Position numbers and translations under genes: made by a program. 64,000 bases of DNA from Piedraia hortae CBS 480.64 (Eukaryota). Position 1 is the first letter of the stretch. The number at the start of each line of letters is the position of its first letter. Location of the stretch: NCBI GenBank assembly GCA_010093745.1, contig MU005965.1, positions 186,001 to 250,000 on the forward strand. The letters are read 5' to 3'. Under the pieces are notes generated by a model. That model did not search any database. It saw only the letters and a list, made by a program, of their open reading frames with translations, and was not told where the DNA came from. Below are positions 48,501 to 57,615 of the stretch, one piece after another.

Positions 48501-51500
48501 CGCGTCGGCGGGCCTGTTCCCGCTCCTGTCGGCGACGCTCAATCGCCTGATGACGCCTCAGCTCTTGCTGCATGTCTTGCGGAAGGGAATCCAAAAACTC
48601 CCGGTTAATCTCATTCCGCAAGCCCTCGTTTTGCGATGCACCCGTCCTTGCAAGGCAGCGCTCCAAGATGACTTCCTCGCGCATCTCTTCGGGGATGCCG
48701 TCGAGGAACTCGCTGTCAATTCCTAGATCCGTAATGTCATATTGTTGGCCGCCACGAATCGTCGTGTAAATGCGTTCCGTGAGTGCACTCGGGCGAGGTG
48801 CTGGCTCTGCTGCCGACGACGGACCGGCTTGGACTTGCTCCGTCTCACGTCGTCTAGCCTCCTCAGCTTCTTGGCGACGCGTTTCTGCCTCGCGCTCTTC
48901 ACGCTCCTTGCGTTCTTGTGCTTCCCGCGCTTCACGCTCGGCGGCCTCAGCTTCCTCCTTCTTCCGTTGCTCCTCCCGCTCCTTTCTTTCGGCTTCACGG
49001 CGCAACCGCTCGGCCTCATCCTGCTTCTGCTTAATTACCAAAGCAGGAGGGAGCATTACTCGCAGCAAAGCGTTGATTACATTCATGCCCTTGTCCTGGC
49101 ACGATATACTGAAAAGCAGCTTGGCCTCTTCCTGCCATCTGCCGATCGTGGGTAGCAATCGGACTTGTATATCAAGTCCGACAGGGTGACTGGCTATACG
49201 ACGTCCGAGATTGTCGTGTGTACCATAGAGGCCTAGCATGGGCGCATAGGGCGCTACATGGTCCAATGAGATATTGATGCTTCTGCTGCTACGACTCGTG
49301 ATGCCAACTTGAGCCAGCAGGTTGTCCAAAAACCCACCGTGGCGAATCCTGCGGTGGCGAGGGAATGTGCGGTCAGCGCCATGATGATTGCGTCTGCTAA
49401 TCGTCCATGGGTATTGGTGTCTGCGCAGCAACGGATTGGAGCCGTCATCGTCTCTCCCCATATGTTGCGTGTCACGACGAGACCTCCACGGAGGCGCTTG
49501 CCTGGGTGTCAGTCTGATTACCCGTAAAAGTCTACGCTGCTCACCGCGATGTGCCCCGGCACCATAATAGTTGCTGAGTGAGTCAGCCAGAAAGTACGGC
49601 GGCGGATAAGGCTGGTGGCCAAACATGCGGCCATAGTCGCCCCAGACATCGCCTGATGCCTCATCTTCTTCATGAGAAACCGCCATACTCCGGCGCAGAG
49701 AATGTGCAAAAGGTGACCCAGGCATCCCAGGCGGTCCAGGCAATCCATGCGTTCCCACCATGGGCATGCTGGCTTCATCACCTTCTTCACTCCAGTTAGC
49801 TCGAGCCCAAACCGTGCAGAGAGAGTACATACCATCATGCATCGGATGACGACGCCAAGTGTTTTCTATCACCAGTTGACGCTCATCGCTGTGAAACGGG
49901 CCAAAGGAATAAATGGTGCCCCCCTGGAGTTCTTCCAAATCTCCTTCATCCGACGGGCTTGCAGGCTCGATGATTGGAATCATCTCACCGTTGCCTGGCT
50001 GCGACTCGCTTTCTTGGGCAGGGTCAAAGTCTCCACCCGCTTCAACCCATCCAATACCACCGTCTACATCATCTTCGTCATCTTCATCAGCAACCTCTTC
50101 GACCTCTTCATCAACTTCCTCCCCTTCGTTTTCATCTTCCTCCTCGTCTTCGTCTTCATCCTCCTCGTCATCAACATCATGCTCAACATGCATCACATCC
50201 TCGTCTTCATCTTCGTCTTCGTCTTCGTCTTCATCGTCCATGTCGTCAGCATCACGCATCGGATCATCACTGTCTTGCTCGGGGAACAAGACATCCTCCA
50301 TTTCATTCCTGATCCGTTCGAGGTCCATGTCCCCCTGATCCATGTCGACCTCATTGTCGTAGTCAATACCCTCGTCGTAGTCAGCAGGCTCTTCGTCCAC
50401 ACTATGGCTCTCCATAGACTGATTATCCTGGCTGCCCGTTGGCTCAAGAGTGGTGTTACGGTACAGGTTGGGGGCGCGCCTATGATCATCGTCGTCGTCC
50501 GACACCGAAGTCGCCATCGACACGTCTTCTTCATCGCTGCTAGTGCTAGCCACAATATGTAAGCTGTCAGAGTCCAGACTAAACGTGGCACAGTGGTCTG
50601 TCAGATGCTTCAGTGGGCTAAGCATGTATTTGACAACGCGTTTGACGTTCGGGAAGTTGAGGTCAACATCGGCAATGGCTGAAGTGAGTGCACCAATGTA
50701 CTTCTTATCGTACATGATGTTGCCGACTTGCTTCGAAATCGGGCCCTCGATTGGACCCGAATAGGGCTCAAACTTATTCGTCTTGAGCAAAAGGCGGTTC
50801 GTTAGTTCGCCCAGAGCAAGCATCCGAGAGTACCGCGAATCCAGCGCTTCCGACGACACTGTGGCTTCCTTGAGACACCGAAGAACGTGATCCAAGACAA
50901 ACTTGCGAACAAACGTGAGTTCGGCATCCTGGTCATCGTCGTCCTGAAGCCGGTTTTCAGCCGTCCGCGTGCAAAGAGCAACGATGACGGCCGTGGCATA
51001 GAGAGTCGTTTGGCCCTTCATACGCTCAGCCAAATCACCCCGATGCTCAATCGTACCCATGGGAAGGAGCTGATTGAGAATGTAGTTTAGCGTGCCCGAC
51101 CTTGGCTTTGAAAGCGTCGTCGACTGCGACTCGGGCCTGCGAGAAAAGTTGATAAATTCCACCTTGGAACTATTGTATGAGGCGAGCAGCTCAGTCAGAC
51201 AATAAAGAACAAAGCATCGATACATGAAGATGGGGTGATCGTCTGCATCGAACTCCAAGCCATCGGTTTTATGCGTCGGGGTGCCATGGCCAGACTTCGA
51301 TGCTTCGGTATTTGCGTCCGCGTCCGCGTCATCTGCCTTTTTGCTGTCTTCGGCCCCCTTTTCCCCAGTGGGCGCTGGTTTGTCATCAGCGTCCTTGTAA
51401 TTGGACAATTCACGGAGCAAAAATGACACAACGCCATCGTTTGTTTCAACGATGGGGGCCTTTGGCTCAGCCTTTTGATTTTCTTGCCCTTCTTTTTCTG

Positions 51501-54500
51501 GCCCTGTGGTCTTGGCGCCGGGCCCGTGACTGACAGCCTGTTCTTTTGCAGCTGATGCATTGTTATCGGCGTTTTCCTTCCTCATCTTGAGGGTTTGAGG
51601 ACGCCCAAACTTGATGTCATCCACACGCATCTCCAGCAGCTCATTGGTAACTTCTACAAATAGCTCGGGATCACGAATGGCCAAGTAGTGCAAGCTCCTG
51701 GTGTAGTTTGATGTGTCCATCTGCCTGCTGGGCCTAAAGTGTTCCCGACAGCTTCGAATCTCCGTCTCCATGATCTTGCGCAGCATCTGCCTGTCCTCAA
51801 TCATGTGGCGGAGTATGAGCATCACATTATCAAATATCCTTTTGTGGGCCGACCCAGGTAGCTGTCTCACCATGAGAAACAGTTTGTGCATCGACTGCTT
51901 ATCAGCTAGGCGGAGGGCCAACTCGCGATCCCTGGTCAGAATCACAAGCACCCGGGTAACCGACAAGGCGAGAGCGGCATCCTTCCCAATCCTTGGCAAC
52001 AGGCTAATCATTGCGGTAAAGAGAGACTCTCGGGATTCCTCAGGCACGATTGGCTCATAAGCCGGAACGTCTGGAGGTGGTTTCAAGGGATTGTCGGCTG
52101 GTGGAGGTTCCCATGGCAGCACAGGGGGCTTTTGGTCCTCAGATAGAAGCCTTTCGAGGATGAGTAGAATCTTCGACATCCAGGGCGCATCTTCTACCTT
52201 TTGATCAGGCCCAATCTGTGTCCACGCAATAAGGATGTCCAGGCAAGTTTTCAACACCTCCAACAAGCTTGCGAAGAAGCCCTTGTTCCGAAGTAGCAGA
52301 GCAATGAGGTGCGCAATGGCGGATATCTTAAGGCCTTGTTCCTTGCTCGCTTCTTCTGCGGAAGGGAGCGACATTAGCGAATACACCAAAGTAGTGCTCA
52401 CGTCCACTATCTGCGCATCGCCGTCCTCTAACCCATGGAACGCCTTCGGGATGAGTTCAGCGAGCTCAAAACTAACAGAGGGCAGATCACCCAAAATGTC
52501 CAAGCAACGATCAGAAAGATTACTGCGGAACTTCGTGCGCAGCTCGTTGAGATCGTCAACCGTCAGATAGGGCTGATGCGTGTTTGCGGTTGGAACAGAG
52601 CTTGCTTGGTTATTAATCTGGGCAGTGACAGACATGGCGTCTCGGAGGATTTCTCGCACTCTCGCGCCGTCAAATCTCTCTGCAAGGCTTCCCTCGCCAT
52701 GTGGCCGGGACAGGGCAAGGGCGTCAAGCGCGGAGACAGATGTAGACTCATCTTGGCCTCCTGCCAATGGCGTGTGACTTGGGGATGGGGTATTTTCCGC
52801 AGACGCATCCGTCATTTCAACCGAACGCGTCGTGATGAGCGGATGGCCCGAGACTGAAGCTGCGTTGGATGCTGACGCCGAGCTTGCCATCTCGCTTTCC
52901 GGCACCGGAAAGCGTGGTGCCAATGGGAATGACCGGTGGAACCGCGCATACTCGGCACTGGCTGTAGCGGTATTGTGGCACCTGTACAGGGCTTCTCTTG
53001 CGAGCGACTCATCAAAATGGAGCAGCAGATCATCTAGACCCGCTGTATTATCGAGACGAAACCGTGGCGGTTCCGCGTACACTCGACGAGTTGCGCGGTC
53101 CGAACGTCTGAGACATCCACTTTCACCATCTGCCTGCAAGATGAGGTTCAGAACGGCGATGATCAGCTTGACCAGTTCCTCGCCAAACGACTCAACTGCG
53201 CTCGAGACCCACAGCTTCTCTACCGCAGGCAACATGGCACATCGAGTCTGCACAATCAACTCGCCTGGTGTGAAGAAGTCTGCCAGTTTGTGATCCTTTA
53301 CCAGGATTGCCGAGGATTGCTGCGCATCGGAAATGCTTTGGTGCAAGGCACAGGACTCGTAAAACTGTAGAATCTGCCGTACTCCATCACGGGCAACCTC
53401 GTCATCGGCCTCACTACCAATCAATTTGCTGTATTGCAAGAGGTATTCGTTGGTCTTGTCGAAGCCACCATTGAGGTAAAACTTGTTCAAAACCAAAGAA
53501 AGCGCTTCCGTGTACCGTTGCCCTGGAGGAGTCTTGAACAGGACGCATGTCACTCCACGCAAGACAGTGCAGACATAGCTCAATCTTAAATGCTGGCTTA
53601 CGTTGTTAAACTGGTCATGGTCCAGCTCCCAGATATAGGCCTTGCTAAGACAGTCTGCAACGTGAGCCGCATGCCGTTTAATCACCGAGTCTGTGCTGCG
53701 CCGAGGGACGATGACCAGGCCAAGGGCGCAATAAAACATTTCGATAGATGAAGTGACTTGGAGTAGGGTGTAGCGCAGCCCTTTTCCATTCTTCACCAAA
53801 GCCTGTTCCCTGTTCAGCCCCGTCGATCTTTGGACTTCGCCATATCTCGGATCGTTGTTAACTTGCACAAAGCCTTTCGAATCAACGTGTCGTGACTGTG
53901 TCTCCTTAGGATCACTCTTGTCACGCATGTCTTGGGACATGCCTGCCTCCAAGACCTGGCACTCCCAGATACAGGCCGAATGTAGCTTGCTTATTTGGTC
54001 AATCAGTCGGACAAAAACGTCGGTAAACACGACATTTCCTAGAAATGGGCTGGGAGAATTCTCATGAGCGGGTAGCATCGCTTGCCCAAAGACACTACAG
54101 ACATTCTGCAGTGTGCAAAGAGCCTTGAAGATCTTCGTTCCCTCAGCCACGTCGAGATTCCCACCCGCAGTCTGCGAAAGAAACGGGGCAAAGAAGCCCT
54201 TTTCATTCGTATTCAAAACAATAGGCTCCGTCGCTGTTAAGGCGTCTTCCATGCGCTGGAGAATACTCGGTAGCACGAGATGGGTTTTGGACAAGCAGAC
54301 AGTCCTCGAAATGTGACAAACATCCCAGAAAGCACGGATTGACGGAATTTCATAGGGGTTGCTGGGAGAGCAGGCCAGATCCAAGACGTACTCTGCACCA
54401 CCCTGCTCACAAAAGTAAGCACACGTGGCAGATGAATGGAAGAATCCCTCGAGAAACTTGGTACAAGCAACCTGGTATGGCACGGCATGGGCGCTCTCAA

Positions 54501-57009
54501 GAACCGAGTCCTGGTATGCTTTATCCCATGTGTCAGACTCACTGCCATCGAGAGGATATAGACGCGCTCCAACGCCCTTGACATCGGCCATGGTTCGGCA
54601 CAACGAAACCACTCGCTTGACCATCGAGATTACTGCCGTCATGATTTGGTGCTTTAATCTGGGCTGATGGCGAATGAGCTCATCGAACGCCGCTCCTATG
54701 CCAGATGTGATACCGTTATGATCCGTTTCCTGGAGCACCTTGACATGGATCGGCGACACAAATATGTCAAAGAATTTGATTAATGCCCTGGAATCCTGAA
54801 ACAAACGGAAGCCTGCCTCGTTGAGGCAGAGCGCGCTGAAAGCTGCTGGTATCTCAGTAATGGCTTCAGTGGTTGGAAGTACGCCGATATTAGATGGAAG
54901 TTGCAACTCTCCGTCCGGACCAAGTGTCACCTCATCAGGGTACTCTGCCTTGGAGGGTTCAGTCGCCTTCGCGACATCATCTGGCAATGACGAGCGAGTG
55001 ATTGACTCCAGGAAGATACGAGGGAGGCCTGCCTCGCCCACTACATTGTAACTGGCCGGTTCGCCGTTGATAAACGTGTCCAGTACGTTGACTGCACTGC
55101 ACCAGACATTGGAGCCAAACATCATCGGGCTTTGAAGAATTGCCTTTAGAGCCTGCAGTACTTGAGGAGAGCCAATAAGGTTGTGGAGGAGACGACCGAC
55201 ATTCTCAGAGGCATGGTCAAACAAAGCCAGGATGAACCTAAGCAGGTGCTTCAATGTCGACTGCTGGGAAAAGGGAATTTCAAAATCGCTAGCCTTGGAC
55301 TTGAATTGTTGTGCCATTCCGTTTCCGGTTTGAACGCTACGCGTGGCCGACATGACCAGATCTTGGACAAGTTGAGTCACAATTTCAAAGCCTTGGTGAT
55401 TGGTGAACGCCTCAATCGCCAAACGACCACCATGTACCAGTTCACTAAGGAACAAAAACGTCCTATCCTGAAAGTGTTGGGCACGCGAGGTTTGGAACTT
55501 GAGGATCTTCACCAGCATTCCCACAGTCCCCGCCTGTATCAAGGCATTCCCAAGCCTGAGAGCTGCACTCCGAGACCGTAGGCAGTTCAATAAAGCAAAC
55601 ATAGCATCACACCTCTCTCGATTGGCTTCCTCTTCGAGTTTGTTGTTAGACTCGGACTGGTCGAGGCTAGCTATGACTTCCCGAAGCTTGTAGTACAGAA
55701 CGCCATGATTTGCAGTGACAGAAAGCGCTTCGGTAATTGAAGGGCCCTTGTGTGTGCGAACGAGAGCAGTAAGCGTACGTAACACCGTCGTTTCGGCGCC
55801 CAACGAAAGTGGAACCTGGCCCTCCGATGCAGGCTGCAAGAGGTTGCACATTTGCTGGACAAAGTCCAGTCCCTTGGGCAACTCGTTATCAGGATTACCA
55901 ATTCTTTCATTAAACTTCCCGTCCTCAAGCATGTAAGCGAGACTTGCGATAGCGAGAAGACGCACTTGAACCAAAAGCTGACCATATTGTTCGAGCGAGG
56001 AAAATGCTTTAGCAATGCGAACCCTATGAAGGAAGTCATAGCGCAAGTTCGCCGGTATGTTGGCTAGCGCTTCTGACACCAACGTGGACGCGGCATCATC
56101 AGCAATCCTGGCCGCTGATAGATTCAAGACACCTAAAGACGTGGGTGAGGCGTCTTGGGAGTCTGGGGACTTGTGCGTAGAGCTCTGTCCGGAGAATTCA
56201 CGAAATTGTGTCTGGCCCTGGCCGTTCATGCTCACACAGGCTAGGTCAGCCCGTCCTGATAACTTTTGGGGCTCCTTTGCGATGACAACGAGGTTATAAG
56301 GGTTATAAGCACGAGATGCCGACGCCTTCTCCTTACCCTTGCCAGGCATCGAAAGGGCTGAACCATTAGCCTGATCGGGCTTAGGGAACGGCATCGCCAA
56401 TTTGAGAAGAATATCCTGGTTCAGTGCGTAATCGCTCTGAAGGAACGCCTCCATTGCGATATGAGAATTTCGCTGGCGGAGATCGTGGTATCGATATGAG
56501 ACACTCAACGCAAGGGTTAGAGTAGTCCGGAGTAGCGGCAACGACGTGGTATTTAAAAGGGCATTGAGGCGGTCGCTGCTGGCATAAATACTGCCTTTGG
56601 AACAGTGGTCCAGCAACATCTGCTCAAACTTGAGAATTTCAGTTATCAGATCCTCATCGTTCTCCTCCGCAGAGTGCTCAGACTCCGCACGGCTTGATAT
56701 CCCGCCGGTCTGAGCCTCATCGTCTTTCAGGCCGTGGGTTATTAATTGACTCCCGATCGCATGTGTCTGAGGGCCTTTATCAAGGCCATAAAGCGAGTTG
56801 AATTGCTCGAGAATCTTGTCAAAGTGATTCAAAAGCGGGATCCAATGGTGGATGTCTCCACGGGGAAAAGGCCAGCTTGATGGAAACTGCCGCAACAAGG
56901 CGGGCAGCCGAAGCAGTGGAGCTTCAGTAGCCTTCTCAACAAGCTCGGCGACTGCCGGGCATCTTGTCGACAGCTGCCGCTCACTAGCGTTCTTCTTTAT
57001 TCGGCCCAT
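45514..57009 (-). CDS. TOM1: HUWE1/Tom1 HECT E3 ubiquitin ligase
   Basis: 3831-aa ORF with N-terminal WPFPRGDIHHWIPLLNHFD, an acidic central region and the HECT domain GEEGVDAGGVTREW...LPTSHTCFNQMDLP...FGFA. Probable in-frame introns at 49832-49785 and 49544-49497. Confidence 0.97.
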   Translation of the reverse strand: MGRIKKNASERQLSTRCPAVAELVEKATEAPLLRLPALLRQFPSSWPFPRGDIHHWIPLLNHFDKILEQFNSLYGLDKGPQTHAIGSQLITHGLKDDEAQTGGISSRAESEHSAEENDEDLITEILKFEQMLLDHCSKGSIYASSDRLNALLNTTSLPLLRTTLTLALSVSYRYHDLRQRNSHIAMEAFLQSDYALNQDILLKLAMPFPKPDQANGSALSMPGKGKEKASASRAYNPYNLVVIAKEPQKLSGRADLACVSMNGQGQTQFREFSGQSSTHKSPDSQDASPTSLGVLNLSAARIADDAASTLVSEALANIPANLRYDFLHRVRIAKAFSSLEQYGQLLVQVRLLAIASLAYMLEDGKFNERIGNPDNELPKGLDFVQQMCNLLQPASEGQVPLSLGAETTVLRTLTALVRTHKGPSITEALSVTANHGVLYYKLREVIASLDQSESNNKLEEEANRERCDAMFALLNCLRSRSAALRLGNALIQAGTVGMLVKILKFQTSRAQHFQDRTFLFLSELVHGGRLAIEAFTNHQGFEIVTQLVQDLVMSATRSVQTGNGMAQQFKSKASDFEIPFSQQSTLKHLLRFILALFDHASENVGRLLHNLIGSPQVLQALKAILQSPMMFGSNVWCSAVNVLDTFINGEPASYNVVGEAGLPRIFLESITRSSLPDDVAKATEPSKAEYPDEVTLGPDGELQLPSNIGVLPTTEAITEIPAAFSALCLNEAGFRLFQDSRALIKFFDIFVSPIHVKVLQETDHNGITSGIGAAFDELIRHQPRLKHQIMTAVISMVKRVVSLCRTMADVKGVGARLYPLDGSESDTWDKAYQDSVLESAHAVPYQVACTKFLEGFFHSSATCAYFCEQGGAEYVLDLACSPSNPYEIPSIRAFWDVCHISRTVCLSKTHLVLPSILQRMEDALTATEPIVLNTNEKGFFAPFLSQTAGGNLDVAEGTKIFKALCTLQNVCSVFGQAMLPAHENSPSPFLGNVVFTDVFVRLIDQISKLHSACIWECQVLEAGMSQDMRDKSDPKETQSRHVDSKGFVQVNNDPRYGEVQRSTGLNREQALVKNGKGLRYTLLQVTSSIEMFYCALGLVIVPRRSTDSVIKRHAAHVADCLSKAYIWELDHDQFNNVSQHLRLSYVCTVLRGVTCVLFKTPPGQRYTEALSLVLNKFYLNGGFDKTNEYLLQYSKLIGSEADDEVARDGVRQILQFYESCALHQSISDAQQSSAILVKDHKLADFFTPGELIVQTRCAMLPAVEKLWVSSAVESFGEELVKLIIAVLNLILQADGESGCLRRSDRATRRVYAEPPRFRLDNTAGLDDLLLHFDESLAREALYRCHNTATASAEYARFHRSFPLAPRFPVPESEMASSASASNAASVSGHPLITTRSVEMTDASAENTPSPSHTPLAGGQDESTSVSALDALALSRPHGEGSLAERFDGARVREILRDAMSVTAQINNQASSVPTANTHQPYLTVDDLNELRTKFRSNLSDRCLDILGDLPSVSFELAELIPKAFHGLEDGDAQIVDVSTTLVYSLMSLPSAEEASKEQGLKISAIAHLIALLLRNKGFFASLLEVLKTCLDILIAWTQIGPDQKVEDAPWMSKILLILERLLSEDQKPPVLPWEPPPADNPLKPPPDVPAYEPIVPEESRESLFTAMISLLPRIGKDAALALSVTRVLVILTRDRELALRLADKQSMHKLFLMVRQLPGSAHKRIFDNVMLILRHMIEDRQMLRKIMETEIRSCREHFRPSRQMDTSNYTRSLHYLAIRDPELFVEVTNELLEMRVDDIKFGRPQTLKMRKENADNNASAAKEQAVSHGPGAKTTGPEKEGQENQKAEPKAPIVETNDGVVSFLLRELSNYKDADDKPAPTGEKGAEDSKKADDADADANTEASKSGHGTPTHKTDGLEFDADDHPIFMYRCFVLYCLTELLASYNSSKVEFINFSRRPESQSTTLSKPRSGTLNYILNQLLPMGTIEHRGDLAERMKGQTTLYATAVIVALCTRTAENRLQDDDDQDAELTFVRKFVLDHVLRCLKEATVSSEALDSRYSRMLALGELTNRLLLKTNKFEPYSGPIEGPISKQVGNIMYDKKYIGALTSAIADVDLNFPNVKRVVKYMLSPLKHLTDHCATFSLDSDSLHIVASTSSDEEDVSMATSVSDDDDDHRRAPNLYRNTTLEPTGSQDNQSMESHSVDEEPADYDEGIDYDNEVDMDQGDMDLERIRNEMEDVLFPEQDSDDPMRDADDMDDEDEDEDEDEDEDVMHVEHDVDDEEDEDEDEEEDENEGEEVDEEVEEVADEDDEDDVDGGIGWVEAGGDFDPAQESESQPGNGEMIPIIEPASPSDEGDLEELQGGTIYSFGPFHSDERQLVIENTWRRHPMHDGMYSLCTVWARANWSEEGDEASMPMVGTHGLPGPPGMPGSPFAHSLRRSMAVSHEEDEASGDVWGDYGRMFGHQPYPPPYFLADSLSNYYGAGAHRGEQRRLLRVIRLTPRQAPPWRSRRDTQHMGRDDDGSNPLLRRHQYPWTISRRNHHGADRTFPRHRRIRHGGFLDNLLAQVGITSRSSRSINISLDHVAPYAPMLGLYGTHDNLGRRIASHPVGLDIQVRLLPTIGRWQEEAKLLFSISCQDKGMNVINALLRVMLPPALVIKQKQDEAERLRREAERKEREEQRKKEEAEAAEREAREAQERKEREEREAETRRQEAEEARRRETEQVQAGPSSAAEPAPRPSALTERIYTTIRGGQQYDITDLGIDSEFLDGIPEEMREEVILERCLARTGASQNEGLRNEINREFLDSLPQDMQQELRRHQAIERRRQEREQARRRAQDNAETGTTADAGARAEEGSGSDFLDGLDPMLRQQLLLEADETTLNALPEHLRAEARILMGSIRPRHGFSTMGGGSRRHNGGPSGMRLDHGLAELSKHRRSVVQMLDPAGVATLLKLMFISLPSKAKGHLKSILLNASRNAQNRGEVINILLSILQDGAADTSAVERSFAQLSLRAKQTSSQRSPQASRRSFTAISSPSSDLSPLGIVLQCLAMLDALAVNNTRVAAFFLSEQEPMQVSKAKGGSKQGKMRENAASRYPLNALLALLNRKLVMESSDAMKMITSLLKHVTNQLSSMSRRSAEPEKPPAAQTEQGQAQQGRAGEAADVQMEDAPVVDSRGSTEEPIAASAEPSKADEAKTPPEEGMPDVPEDSIRLVVSILASRECPSSTFRATLSIIKNLSAIPGAKQVFGKELVRQAQQTGTMVLSHLQELTKHVETAQSSTELQGLALANFSSSGSNQRKLLRVLLALDYIFDPKRIPEVTERSDDAKTDILSQLYESDTFVQLWAGLTTCLAAIREKGNMINIATMLLPLIESLMVVCRHTPMIETATASSVSSPAHGASLPGSARLEKLFFTFTDENRQILNEIIRSNPKLMSGNLSILAKNPKVLEFDNKRAYFNRTLHSRNESRAANNGSLQLNVRRDHVFLDSFKALYFKKPQELKYGKLNIRFVGEEGVDAGGVTREWFASLSRQMFNADYALFIPVESDKTTFHPNQLSGVNQEHLLYFRFVGRILGKALYEGRLLDCHFSRAVYRKLLGKTVSLKDMESLDLEYYKSLVWMLENDITDTLYHTFSWEYDRFGQIVTVDLIEDGRNIEVTEANKHLYVQKMVEFRLIGVVEEQLNGFLEGFHQIIPRELISIFDEQELELLISGLPDIDVDDWKNNSEYQGYHANSPQIQWFWRAMRGFGKEERAKLLQFVTGTSKVPLNGFKELEGMNGHSKFTIHLDPGGKERLPTSHTCFNQMDLPEYESFDELRQRLYTAITAGAEYFGFA

Positions 57010-57615
57010 TTCGCGCTCTGGGCGCGCAGGTAGAGTGTCGCTCGGCCACCAGCCCTGAGCCTACCGAGGTTCTTGGGTAGTCTGTGTTTGTCGTTGCAGT
57101 GCAGTGCAGTGCGATGATTCGCTAAGCCAGCAGAGACGGATCAGATGGGAAGATAGCGGTGCAAGCGCTACAACCCAGAGCGTGGCAACACCCAGGAAGG
57201 GTTCAACGCAAAGGGATTTGAGAAGGGTGAGGCTATGATGGCGTTGAATTTGGTGAAAAGAGAATTAGATGCGCTTGTTTGTGGAGGGAGAGAGAGTGAT
57301 GGCAGTGGAGGTACAAAAGTTGAGCTCCAAATGGTCAGCTTCGGGCGGAAACAACCGAATGATGTCAATCACATCACGTGCAACCGGTACACTTCTCAGC
57401 GTTTCTCCGTCCTTCTGAACCGATTGTAAAGAGAAAAACGGTGATTGGCGTAGACACGAGCACGTAGAAACAGCCGGCTGGCTATACACAACAATGACAG
57501 GCACGGGCTGGAGCAAACAGCCATGTAGCTTTGCGCTGAATTTCAACAGTATCAACTGGAGCAACTACGGTGCCCATTCTCTCTGTACAGCTCTCCGTGT
57601 AGTCTTAGACGAACC

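Noticed and set aside
45545..57058. Many 100-270 aa ORFs antisense to TOM1 (and similarly to other long genes)
   Set aside because: Expected shadow ORFs of GC-balanced coding sequence, with low complexity and no motifs.
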